A stretch of DNA of 63,840 nt, counting the filler, from Pelomyxa schiedti (Eukaryota > Protista > Evosea), in assembly GCA_020536535.1 (NCBI GenBank). It is 8 parts of 8 records of this genome, joined end to end, with 100 filler letters (N's around TTAATTAATTAA, not from the genome) between each part and the next. Parts side by side here need not be neighbours in the genome. Positions count along the whole stretch, not along the records: positions 26,972 to 41,341 come from JAHLWZ010000204.1; positions 41,442 to 52,277 come from JAHLWZ010000551.1; 6 more parts are not named here. The stretch is one strand, 5' to 3'. Positions 35,232-48,100 of the stretch are shown here, one piece after another. Each line of letters starts with the position of its first letter. Positions within the stretch are counted from its first letter, which is position 1. The notes beneath the pieces were generated by a model, which saw only the letters and a list, made by a program, of their open reading frames with translations, had not been told where the DNA came from and did not search any database. Made by a program: the position numbers and the translations under genes.

Positions 35232-38200
35232 TCAATTATTATTTTTCTTGGCCAGCACACCAATCCCCGCATTGATAATGGAATCAATGCTACTAGTTGT
35301 ACTTGTTGTTGCTGTTGTTGTGGATGAAGAAGAAGAAGCCGAGGGTGTAGTAGTACTTGATGATTGTGGGGGCATACGTGCAAGTGGAGGTGTTGTTGGG
35401 GTGCTGGTGGTTGTGGCTTTCTTCTTCCTCTGGTTGAAGCGGACACACCGCGGGCACATGCTGGGTATGAAGCAATTCTTGTGGAACACTCCAAAGCACA
35501 GCGGGCACTGAACAGCAACGTTCAACTGTTTATGTTGTTAGTTGCCGGAAATGGGGAAACTAAGAGGGGAGAACACACCTGAAACGGAAACAGCGGGTCC
35601 GGTGATTTGCACACTTCACATATGGATGCTCGAGCACAGCACAACTTGCAAGTTGTAACGTGCTGTGTCCATTTTTCAACAACCTCCTTGACTTGGGGGA
35701 GAACGGCTTCTAGATCAAGGAGATCACCCAGAGAGTATGTCTGCCGGAATGAGTGAGAGGGTTATCTTTATCTTGACGCAATCATTACCTCGGTTGAATT
35801 GTACAAGTAGCTTTGAATACCGCACCTCCTTAATGGGCCTTGAGGGTCCAGGCGTGAACAGGAATAAATAAAATCTTTCAGGTGAGTCAACTGGAGTCGC
35901 GAAGCCTGTGGAAAGTAAGGTAAGAACGGTGAAGTTAGGGTTTTAGGCTACCTTTAATTTTGGCAGTACAGCGACTTTTGTGTATAATGTGGGATTAATT
36001 GCGCCGATATCAAATGTAGGTTCTTGATTAAGTGATGTAAGCAGCTCAACTGCATAGTGACTGACTGGATATCGATTAAAGTCCCTTGGTTTACATTAAG
36101 TGCACAAGAAACATTTCGTTGATGAAAACCAGTTGTGCAGAATTCTAGCGGGAATTATTTCTTTTTCCTTCAAATGACACTTTGCGCAAAAAAACTTCCC
36201 AGTGTATTCGCAGTATAGCGTATCAGAAAACAGTCCTATTTCTAGTTGAAAAAGAAGGAATGAAGAAAAAAGAAATACCAAAGTTCAAGGGAGCCCCACA
36301 GTTATAACATAACTTGTTGGCTGTTTCAGGCTTGGGCTTCTTGTGTACATACAGATGCAATACTTTTCTCGGGGGTGTCCAATTGCTCGAGCCACCGTCT
36401 GTCGTTGTAGAGGAAGGAGTTGTGGTAGTCGGATTGGCAGATGTCGAAACATTGCGTTCAGGTTCCCTGATTGGGGTAGCTGTACTGCTAGCAGTCTTTA
36501 CAGGGGAAATTAAACTGGATTCAGATTTGTTGCCACTTGTGGAAGAGGGTGAAGTGGTGGCAACTGTTGGAACAGTTGGTGTGCTCGCGATAGTATCATT
36601 CTTTGCAACTGCGGGTTGAGAGGTGTTTGGTGGTATCTTCATAAAAAAATGAGACATATGAGGAAAAGAAAATAACAGCCGTACTTTATTTGGGGCTTGA
36701 AGGGACTCCTTAGGAATCTGGGTACCAGAATTACTAGTTTCTGGTACTTTGGTAACCCCTGTCTGCAGTTCTGGGTTGCTTGAAACCTTTATCGCTTGCA
36801 TTGCTGCCTGTGCTTGAGCTCTCACTTGAGCGGATTCTTGAAGCTGGAGGTGTAATTGTTGATGCAAATGTAACTGTAGACTTGGTAGAGTAGATTCTTC
36901 CGGGAGTGGTTCAGCTTTGCTTGGCGGAGATACAATTGGTTGGGCATATTGTGATAGGGTATTTGACTGAATGGGAGGCTGTGAAAGTGCCTGGATAAGT
37001 GGTTGTGTTGCGGGTCGTGGCGAAAGTTTCTGTTGAGGCTGCTGGTTATCAGTTGTATTAACTGAACTTGGGTTGATTGTTGATGCACTCTGTGTAGATT
37101 GTTTTGGCTGTGCCATCTGTGTGGTGTGCGGCACAACACTAGTATTAATGGGGTGTAGTTGAGGTTGTTCATGCGGTTCGGGAGATGTGTGAGACGACAA
37201 TGGTGGAGATTGAAGTTTGGTAATCCCGAGTGGGGGTGTGTGTGGTGGAGATTGCAGCCTACCATTAGACGGTGGAGGTGTGGGGGTATGGAGTGGGGGA
37301 GTTTCGATTGGAGGAATTTCAGAGACAGACTTTTTCAGACTGTCAAGATCCACTTTAAGCTCTCTCGTCTTTGTAATAATTAGATGGTTAAAGGGAAGAG
37401 GAAAAGGGAACCTTATGCAAATTTTCTCGAATTTTTTCGAGATTTTTTTTCAACGCCTCAACTCTGTTCTCTGTAGAAGGCGCAGAAAAATCGGAGACAC
37501 GGAGAGAGGTTATTCCAAACCTTGTGCCACTTGGATCCGGTACTTGTTGTGCACTTGTGTTGGAGACATCTTGTGGTTGAGTGTGAAGTGCATCAGGGTG
37601 CAATGTGTTTGTTTGTGGTAACGAGACTGAGTTGTCCAACACAGTTTTTTGCTCGACACGTTGAGATCCAAGGTTATTAGGATTGTTCAAGCCTGGATCA
37701 ACATCCCTGTTCTATTTTGGATTACATTTGACGACATAGTAAGTTTGGAATAAAGTATACTCACAGGCTTGGCTTTTATCGGTTCCACCGACTCAGCTGG
37801 AGGTTCTTCGTGTATGTTAGGGGTTTGAACTGGTTCTTTTGTTGGGGCTGGACGATCAATGGGTGGTCTTTGATACTGAGACAACAATGACAGTGGTTGT
37901 TTAAGGGGTGCCTGTGAGGCCAATGGCGGCTGGTTGATTTTGGTTTCTGGAGTGTGAGCTAATGATACTGCGGTACTTTTGGTCTCACTTGGAGATATTT
38001 TTTCGTGTACAGGTTCTGGCTGCAGTGGCTGGTGGGATTGCTGGTGTGTCAGTGGGAGTGGTTGAGCTTGGGGAAGTGGTTGCTGCATTTGCAGTGATGG
38101 CTGTTGCATTTGAATGAGTGGTTGTGGGTTTTGTTGTGGTTGTGCAGGAGTGAGTTGTACGGGATGAGTCGGTTGTATGAGGGGTGGAGGAAGTTCCGCA

Positions 38201-39546
38201 GGTTGATTTCCTATGTCTTGGAGATTCACGTTATTTGATGGTATTTCTTGGGTGGCTGCCGGGACTTGCTGTGTAGTGTCTGAATATTGAGGAAGAAGAG
38301 CCTTGGGTTGAGTCATTAGGGGCTGATTCATTGGAGGCTCTGTTGGTTGCGCTGCCGGCTGCGATGGCAGAGGTGGGTGTGAAGAATTGTCTGGACCTTC
38401 TATCACAATGACCCGTGCTTGCCGTTTCCGTTTCCCTCGTCCTGTTGGGCCACTTCCCTAAAACATTCATAAGTAAAACAGCTTGAATTATGGGAATGCA
38501 ACATGTGAGCCACTGGTAACCTGAACTGAGGACGAGCTGGGCTCTGTAAGAAGGTGCAAAAGAAACTGAGAAATACCAGTCGACTGCCATGGGCTCAGCA
38601 GGAGCATCAAGCAGTGGGGTATTAGTATTGAGGGCAAAATGTAACGGGGAGAGGCCACTTAATAGTCCCAAGGCCTGTTCCCTGGCGTCCGTACTGCACA
38701 TTATCGCGTGGTCTTCGTATAGGGTCCTATTTTATTTTACATACTGATTGGATAAAATGCAAACGTCGAACACATACTTTGGATTATTCCCAATGAGTTC
38801 TTGAATTTGGGTCTCAAGACTACCTGCATTTAGACCTGTTCTGATCCAAGCTCTTAAATAGCCGTCATCAGTCTGAACCTGGTAATGTGATAGGCCCATT
38901 ATCATTTTAATTTATTTTTTTTAATTACATTAGACAAAGATGGCAATGCAGAAGATAGAGATTTTCCCGTAGACAAGCCAAATAAACTTGACTGTTTACT
39001 GCGTTGAACCAACGCACCAATGCTTTCTATAGGTTTTTAACATAACAAAACTGCATAGAAGTTGTACTTTTGGCACCAAATAGCAAAATTCTTTCGACCA
39101 CCAAGCACAAACACCGTGATTCATTGTATCTATCATCAAAAACCTTTCCCTGTTTTTTGAAGTCAACAAAAAGCAAGTCGCCACCAACACAAAAAGACCC
39201 AATAAAAAAGGGGGAATGCGGCTACGTGATAGCTAATTTCTAATCTATTCAAAACTTCTCCTACGCCCAAGGAAAAAAAAAGAAAAAGACAGCAAACACA
39301 AATTGGCAATCGACGTCTCTAGTTACTACATTTGCCTCAACATGAGCAGACAGCAACGCGTTTACGCACTGCACCAGATCGTCCATCATACGACCCCTGT
39401 CTCTCGTCACCCCCTCGCCGACTCCCCCACTCATCATCGTCGATTATTATTACTCCTAGAAATTATTCACTCTTGGGTCCCTGCCTTGCTCCCCTTCACA
39501 CTTTTTGTTTTCAAAGAATGCCTGTTTGGGACTTGGAGCGCATCAT
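35232..39546 (-). CDS. RUN domain + Pro/Gln-rich linker + Rubicon-homology zinc-binding domain (PLEKHM1/Rubicon/DEF8-like); start approximate
   Basis: LCLVVERILLFGAK and RAWIRTGLN...LLSGLSPLHFAL (RUN); CYNCGAPL, YCEYTGKFFCAKCH...IPARILHNW and CPLCFGVFHKNC...CPRC (Rubicon homology). Confidence 0.85.
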
Positions 39547-39619
39547 CGCAACGGACCGAAACAAAACTGATCAGATCTGGAGTGCCCGAAACTTCTGGTC
39601 TGTGTGCAGTCCACGACCA

Positions 39620-41014
39620 CTAATAGCACATTCTGTGAACGAGCCGTGCTCCGCCTTCCTCGTAATACTCCTCACTGGATATGAGCCTCACGTTGAAATC
39701 ACCCAGTGACGCCAGGATAGACCCACCCGTCCATGCTGAGTACTTCTTCTGTGTGGGTGTGCTGGTTGCTGTGCAGGGCCCGCTCACTTGTATTTCTTCA
39801 TATTCGATGTGTGGTGCTGTTTCTGCTACTGGACTTGAGGTGGCTGTGCTAGTACTCGTTGTTGATGATGGTGGCTGTTGGTGTGAGGTGATGAGAGAGT
39901 GTAGCTCAGCGGATAGGCGGGGAGCTAGGCCCGGCAACAGTGAATTGGCACCACCTAGAACGACATTGTTGAGAAGCTGCTTGTGCAGGTCCGGGTGAGA
40001 CCGAAGGATGGATTCTACGCAGGCCCGGTGAATTCCATCTGGCTGTTGAGACTTTGAGGTGGGGTGCCGTGGAGATAGAATACAGGAAGGCCGGAATAAT
40101 GCCTCGGCACACCGGAAGTGCTCGTTGGTGATTTCGCGCCCATCAGGAAGCTCGAAGAGCCGCTTGGAGGAAGTGGATTCCATTTCAGAATCAAATGCGG
40201 CAGAAACGTAGCAGCGAGTTTCTTTGAAGTTCCGAAGATCAGTTGGACCTGGGGACACGTGTGTAGGGGTGTCACCTTCTTCGGCGGTCTGATAGTTCCA
40301 ACCGCGGGCATTTAGCATTAGGCGCAAGCACTCGCTGATGTCTGAACCAGCCAAATCCAGCCGGGTAGAGGAGTGTGGAATAGCGCAGCCTTCGTATACC
40401 GGCACCACACTTGTTACGCCGTGGCCGCTCTCAATAGCTAATCCAGTTGTACGGCCTGACGGATAGAGTGAAAGTACTGCCTGATTGGCGAAGTATGCAC
40501 CGGGGAAATGGTAGGTCTCAAACACCCGTGTTATGAGGTTCTCTCTGATGTTTGCTGGGCTGAGTGGTGTTTCTGCAATCAGAAGTGGGTTGCTTGTAAT
40601 GCTTCCGGAGGCGACATTGAAGAAAGTATAGTTCAGTACCAGGTGCTGGAATAGTGTGAACTGACGGTGACAGGAAGGAAAAAGTAAGTACCATGAAATC
40701 CCAATTGTTAATTAGGCCCCTCTCAACTGGATGTATGAGGTTGTAAGTCCTCCTGTTATTAGCAGCCTCATCCCCAACCGGCCTCTTTCCTCCTCCAAAG
40801 ATCATGCACCTCAGATCTCCCACAACAGTCTGTGAAATGTTTGTGAAAAGAAGTCAATAACGTATTTTGGTTAAAGCGTCATTTGAAATTGAAACGATGA
40901 ATACAATACAGGGAAAACGAATGACGGTTCCGTGAGCAGACCCGGGGGATCGTTGGCATCCACATTGAACCCAGCCTTGGTTGTCTCTGTCCCAAAGTCC
41001 ACAACGTATGTCAT
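39620..41014 (-). CDS. Divergent actin-related protein
   Basis: YVVDFGTETTKAG, VGDEA, LIAETPLSP, LSLYPSGRTTGLAIESGHGVTSVVPVYEG, ELPDG, RFRCAEALF-like HFRCAEALF, SAWTGGSILASL, EYYEEGG. Confidence 0.88.
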
Positions 41015-41441
41015 CGCAATCTTGGGGGAAAAATTCCGACCGGTGTTGTTTGTTGGCCTTTCGGTTATGCTTCGTCTCTTACCAACCTTTTTTTTCTGAG
41101 GAAAGACTGCGGAAACCAGGTGAGCAAAATCAACAGTTCATGAGCGCTCATTAGTTATCAACTTCAAGGAACGTGGTCCATTTTAGGAAGGAGGCTTTCG
41201 ATACCAATGTAATGTGTGGTTGTGGCAATTTGTGAAAAGAATCACTCTTTATTGAATGTGGCCATGTTGTGTAGAGCTTTTGCGTTAAACCCTGTCATTA
41301 GCATCTGCTCTAATGTGTGTGGGTGCAATTGGCTTCGTAATNNNNNNNNNNNNNNNNNNNNNNNNNNNNNNNNNNNNNNNNNNNNTTAATTAATTAANNN
41401 NNNNNNNNNNNNNNNNNNNNNNNNNNNNNNNNNNNNNNNNN

Positions 41442-43279
41442 AAGAGAGATCCAACTGCAAGTGAGCAGTAACCACAGCACCAGTGGGGACATAGAGGGCA
41501 CACACCGAGGCGTGGGTGCCACCAAGGTAGAACCCGACCCTGACGGCCCTGTCTGCTGTTGGACCATGCCCGGGTGTCTCAACATAGAGGTTTCCAAGCC
41601 TCCTGCAGCCTGGCTCTGTCACAAGCATGGGGACTGTGGCTGTGGGCCAGCTGTACACGTTGAGGTTGATGGACTGGGTCTCCTCATCCAGTGGGTACAG
41701 CGTGGTCTCACAGGGCACATTGTATGCTGTCCTGGTGTTTTTGGTGGTGATGGTGGTCCAGACATTGTCGATGTAGTCCCTGCCTCTTTGTGAGAACCTG
41801 TTGCAACCAACCTGGGTTGCATTGTGGACGGCTGGATTGAATGGAATTGCTGTGGCCAGTCCGTAGCTGCAAGGGGCCATGCGGTACTGAATGTAGTCCT
41901 CATTGAATGCGAACTGCAGAGCACCTTCCATGACAGCACAGTCAGGACTGGCCGGTCTGATCAGGTCCAGTGTCCCTGGTATTTCCAGCTGCTTCATCGC
42001 TTGGTAAAGTAGCTCAGACTTTGCAAATCCACCAACCAAGAAGATGTATCGCAGCCCTCTGACTTGGGCCATTGCGTTCCTCACATCGTTTACCACCGAG
42101 TTGATGACTGGTAAAACGCACTGCAACATAGAAGCAGGTGACATTTGGTGCAGTGCACTTCCTACCGGGAATGAGTAAGGCACGATCCTGCCTTGTGTGA
42201 AGATCTCCTTGTTTGCCTAATTTATGGTTATCTCAAAAAAAGAGCTCTTGTCCATAAATACCTCAATTGCGCGTGACAGTGCCAAGCACTCCACTGAGGT
42301 CTCGAGAGTGCCTGGCGAACTGCCGGTCTCAGCATAAAGCTGAGCGAGAATATTCTTGTCAATATTTGTGGAACCGTTCATGCTGCCGCAGGGAGCTGCA
42401 AGCTCCGATACACCAGAGGCCAACACTTCGTGTGAAGTGATGTCAATTGTGCCTCCCCCTGCATCAACAACAAGGTACCTTCAAAAAGTTAATAACTGGC
42501 AGATACGGCCATATCATAACCTGGTTCCCGGGTTCAACCCAAGGTATGCCATTTTTTTTTTGCAGTACAGGGAGGCTGCTTCCGGTTCTAGAGCGATTAT
42601 AACGTTGGAGTTGGAAGAGTTACTCAGCCCGGCTTCCCGTGCAGCATCGATCATTACCTGCAGAAACAGATTAATATTGGGTCAGAACTGCCTAGAGATA
42701 CCCGCTTTGCAGGTTCATCCCAAATCGCCGGAACAGTAATCACCCACAGAACGTCTTGTGCGGTGAGCACCCTTCCCTGCGATTTGAGCTCATCAAGGAA
42801 CCGCTTCTTGATGTGCCCCATTGTCATTTCCAGAATCTTTGTTATTGGGGCGGTAACGCTAGAGCCAGCAGCTTGACATGTGTTATTCCTGGGCCTTGTT
42901 GGATCCAATCCCAATTTGTATTTCTCAAACAGCAACCAATTATCTGGTTTCACTAGAAAACAATTAATTTCTGGTGGGGGAAACAAAATACACAAAAAGC
43001 AACAACACCACACATACTGTAATAAGCGTCAGTGGCAGTCTGTCCAAACTCCAAAGTCAGTGCCTCAGGAGTAGACGACGCCAGCACAGCCAAAGTGGTC
43101 TTTGTCTTTTGGCACTGTATGCAGCCCTCCCACGCCGCGTTGTATATCACCCTGTCGCGGTCGCCCGCGAAGCAGTAGCAGTACCCAGTGCACGACGTCC
43201 CGATGTCGAGCGCACACGCCGCGCCAAAGACTTGGCCAGAAGTGGGCGAGGGCGACGCAGCAGCCGTAGATGCGGACAT
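41442..43279 (-). CDS. HSPA12-like atypical Hsp70 (stop possibly in gap)
   Basis: ALDIGTSCTGY, WVITVPAIWDEPAK, IIALEPEAAS, LVVDAGGGTIDIT, FLVGGFAKSELL, DCAVMEGA. Confidence 0.85.
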
Positions 43280-43419
43280 TGAGCTGTAATGTGTTGTTGA
43301 TTGGCTACTTGTTGTTGAGTTGGTCCCGGGCACCCGGAAAAAATATTTTTTGGTTTTTGTTGTAGTTTCTTCCCAGCACCAACAAGCTGGTTGGTTGTTT
43401 TCGTTGATTTCCAAAACTA

Positions 43420-44977
43420 GCTTGGCACATTAACACTTCATGGCGTCGATGGGTGGCAATGGCAAGGGAACGGCGGGATAGAACTCTTGCCCTGTGTCAC
43501 GTTCAACAACTGCTGGGAGTCTTGGATGGCCTGTTGCTAACACCTAGAAAGAAGTTGTAAAATTGTGGGTGGTTGTGGTGCACAAACGGTGGCCCAGTCA
43601 TATGTAAGTGGTGGATAACGTAACACCATATACTTGCTCTCATTGTAAATCTGGCAGCAAAAAAGCTCAATCTCTGGAGTAAATTTCCCCTGAAAGGAGT
43701 TAATAACTTAAAGGGTATGAACTTTTAATACCGTGCACCGGACTTGACATATAATTTGGTTGCCCATAGCCTCGGAAAACAGGGAAGCATTATGCTTTTG
43801 ACACCATACTCGTAAGTCAGAGCGTGCAGATTCAGAAAGTTGTGTCTCTAAAGTCCCAAAGTAGCGGTGAAGTACTGCTGAGACTTGTGTAAAAATATAA
43901 TTTACACATTCCAGCACAAACTCAACTTGGCCAGTTTCTTTCAGAGTTCCCTGTAACGCAAGCAAGTCCTTCAATGCCAAGGTGTTAGTACAAGCATAAT
44001 ACTATTGCCCTTACCGAGTTCCGGTACGCTTTCATCTTAGCGACAATGTCCCCATCCCTGGGGAACTCGTCAGGCGGAGCGACCCTCCCTACTCCACCGA
44101 AACATGATCCAATCTGCTGTGTATGTGGCTGTATTGGAGTTTGTGTTTGTGTTGGTGTCTGTGTCTGTGCCTGTGGTTGCGATTGTGGCTGCTGGTTTTG
44201 CTTCCGAGCGAGTTCGGCCGAATCAAGAGCGTCAAGAGCAGAATTGGCAGTGGCCTGCAATTTCTCGATATACGATGTCAAATGAGCAGTGTATTGCCTC
44301 CTGACTTTGCACGACGCGCAGCCTGCCGCCGGCGAGGAGCACGGCCCCTGCTGCTGCTGCGCAGACGCGCCCAGGACCATATCCACCGTCTTGTGGAGCT
44401 CCGCCCCCTCCCCCTGCAGGAAGATGGCGTAGTCTCGCCACGAGGCGTACGAGGGAGGAAGCTGCAGCGGGGGGTCGCCTCCCTCCATTCGCCCACTGCT
44501 GCCTGTGCTTGGGCTTGTGTTTGTACTTGTACTTGTATTTGTACCTGTAGTTGTAGTTGGCGTCGGAGCTGCTGTTGGATTTGGTGGCGTTGGAGTTGGA
44601 GTTGGTGTTGGAGTTGGAGTTTGTGTTGGAGTTGCCGATGGCGGTGTCGCCGCCGGCGCGCCTTGTTTTGTCTTGCTTTTCTTTTTTGGTTTGTTGCTTT
44701 CTGGGTCTTCCTGCGCTTTCACTGGTGGTGCCACTGCGGCTGTTTGCGTGGGAGCTGTCTGTGACGGCGGTTGCTGCTGCGTCGTCTGGTGTTGTTGTTG
44801 ATGTTGAAGCGGTGGCGGGGCCACCGAGGTGGGGGCCAGGGAAACCCCGAAAACAGAACCCGTGGGGGGGACGAAGTTGAACCCAACAGCGGGAGCAGGC
44901 GACCACGGAAGTGAAAGCGGCTGGGGGGCGGATGCGACGGTGGTGGCGGCACCTGGCTGCAGTGAGGTTGGATGCAT
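43420..44977 (-). CDS. Hypothetical protein, Pro/Thr/Gln-rich N-terminus plus helical C-terminal region; end approximate
   Basis: 330-aa ORF 43985-44977 followed by spliced helical exons at 43708-43980. Confidence 0.55.
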
Positions 44978-45180
44978 GCCGCCCTGTTGGTTTTTTCTTC
45001 AAATAGAAACTGCAACCAACTGGGTACAAGAAGTGCCTCAGACCGGTGTCGTGGGCGATTGTTATTTTCGAAAATGACAGCGTTCTGGCAGATTTGTTCT
45101 TCAGACAACACTCTGGGAGGCTTGGTGGAATTCGATCGTCTTTCAGCGAATCTGACAGGCACCCCTTTCATCAAAAAAAA

Positions 45181-48100
45181 ATGACGCAGAACAACGCATT
45201 GACGACACTGTCTAACTTCGCGTCGTCGTTGCTGGGTGACGTTAAATTTGATCTTGCTGGCTTGTGTGTTTACTTTTTCCCTCGCCCAACTTTGAGTAAC
45301 TGTATTGACAGGCAATTGAACGTCACACTGGCAATGAATAGGATACAAGTGCGAAGACAAAAGAACGTGGAGTCAATCAAAAAAAGCAAAAAGGAGGTGG
45401 CTGAGCTATTGGTGGAAGGCAAAGACGAAAAGGCCAGGATCAAGGTAGGATTATTATACTTCACTGTTTTGAAAATACTATTTGAGTCTTGGCCTTACTC
45501 TCGTTCTGCAATAAGACTGGAGCAATCGTTGTGGAAGAATATATGACGGATGTGCTGAACGTAGTAACGCTATCATGCCAGCAATTGCTTGGGAGGATGG
45601 ACCTCATTGGAACAAAGTTTTAGTCTTCCTTTGTTGTAACCATTATTGTTTAAGTGACAAACAGAGGAAAGTGCGCAGCTGATCTCAGAGAACCGTGTTG
45701 CACAATAGTCTATGCAGCCCCGTATCTTGATGATCAACCTGAATTGATGAAAGTAAGCCCGTTTCTCATGTATTTTTTTCCCTCGAAACAATCTCTGGTG
45801 ATATACACTTCCAGGTTCGTGCTATGCTTCTTGCCAGGTTTGGAAGCAAGTTCCCCAATGAATGCGTTGAAGATACCGCAATAAGTCCGAAGGCGCCCAA
45901 TACCGATAAGAGATAGTCCTCTTATTGTAACAATAATACAGGTAGTCACTCGGCTTAAACGAGAGCCACCAGACACATCTCTTGTGAACTGCTACATTAG
46001 TGCGATTGCAAAAGAAAATAATATACCTGGTTATGACACCTCCGTACGACGAATCAGCTTTTCTGTGGTTTTAACAGTAGTAAAGAGTTTGATACCGGAT
46101 GATTTATTTCCAGATTTGCTTCCACCTCAACAACCGCCACAACTTCCTGAACTTGGGCCCCCGCCATCCTTTGATAATACATTTTCTGCGGTATGTCACG
46201 CTTCTCTGGTTTGATGTATCAACAGCATGTCCCTAGACAGATCCCTCAAAATGCTCTGCTCGAGGTCCAGGTCTTGTTGATGGAGTGGCAGGCTCAACTT
46301 GTCAGTTCTTAATAGAAGCCCGTAACCCACTGGGGCAACCACAGATACATGGAGGTGATAAATTCGCCGTTTACGTCAGTGGACCGGAAAACACAAGGAT
46401 TTATGGCCAGGTTGTTGATAACAACAATGGGACCTATTCTGTGTCATATCAACCCCCTCTCAGGTTGTTTTCATTTTGTGCATTAGTTTTTTACACATTT
46501 CAGTGGTGGGTATGCCATTGCCGTTCACTTGGGTCAAACTCCTATTGGGGATGGAAGTCCCTACACTCTATTTATCCGGAATAATGAAGTTTGAGACACT
46601 ATATTACCTTCTTTTTTTATCTAACAATGAAAAAGCCCACAACAGACCCCCGTAATTGCACAGCTTCAGGGGACGGCTTGGGCTCCCCTTTCACCAATCA
46701 GCTTACATCTTTCACTATTACTGCAAAGGATACCTCCAATACTCCAAGAACAAAAGGAGGGGATACCTTCAAAGTATACATAGCCGGTCCTGCGGGAATC
46801 AAGATGCTTGGCACAGTTGTTGATGACAACAATGGAACCTATACTGTTCAATATACCCCGCCAAAGCCGTCAGTTCTTCTTTTCACGAAAAACCAAATCT
46901 AATATGAAAACTAGTGGTGGATATGCCATTGCAATTCACTTGGGAAATGTACCAATAGGAAATGGAGCACCCTTTGAAGTATTTGTGAAAGATCCTCCAG
47001 TGACAGTTAAAGATGTGCCACCAAAAGAAGGTAAACTTTTTGGTTCACGAACAGAACGCTTATTCTGCAGATCCCTTGCGGGCAAGGTTGAATTCCATCA
47101 AGGGTACTACAGTGCAAGCAAGGCCACAACCCGCTCCCCCCGCTCCGAAGCCAGCACCTCCTCCAGTTGTTGTGCTTCCCAAGGTAGTTCTCTTTATGTT
47201 AATTATTTCTTACTTGTGCAGCACGGCAAAATTATTCCCAGTAAAGTTGGCCCAGGTGTTATTTTTGACAACGGAACTGGGTATATGAAAGCCGGAATGG
47301 CTGGAGAGGCTGGACCACGTTGTTGCTTTCCTACTGTAATAGGAAGGCCAATGTACCGACAAAATATGCCAATGCTTTCAGAGCATTTGTATACTTCCTC
47401 ACTCCGCAATGTAATGGTTGTCTGAAGTTTCATTTAGGTATGTTGGAGAGGAAGCCAAAGCAAAGAAGGGAATTCTTGCTCTTAGATTCCCCATCAATCA
47501 TGGCATTATAACGAACTGGGAGGATATGGAAGCTGTCTGGCACCANNNNNNNNNNNNNNNNNNNNNNNNNNNNNNNNNNNNNNNNNNNNNNNNNNNNNNN
47601 NNNNNNNNNNNNNNNNNNNNNNNNNNNNNNNNNNNNNNNNNNNNNAGAGGAAGCCAAAGCAAAGAAGGGAATTCTTGCTCTTAGATTCCCCATCAATCAT
47701 GGCATTATAACGAACTGGGAGGATATGGAAGCTGTCTGGCACCACACTTTTTTGGTAGGCACTTGTTAATTTACATTTTATGTTAACCTTCCAAGAATGA
47801 AATTCGAGTTGACCCAACACAGCACCCTGTCTTCATCACAGAGCCAGCCTTGAATCCACGGGTGATCTTTCCTTCTTTTTTGTATTTTACGTATCGACCC
47901 TAATGCAGGACAGCAGGCACAAACTAGCTGAGGTAATGTTTGAGAAATTTGGTGTCCCGGGCCTCTATGTCTGCCCGCAAGCAATTCCTTCTCTTTTTTC
48001 TGGTGGTCGAACAACAGGAGTTGTTCTTGACGCTGGCGATGGGGTATGAAATTCCTTTCACCACATTTAATTAATTCTTCAAAGGTTTGCCATACTGTTC

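Noticed and set aside
47546-47744. Internal duplication in the actin domain
   Set aside because: Identical sequence on both sides of a gap indicates an unmerged contig overlap.
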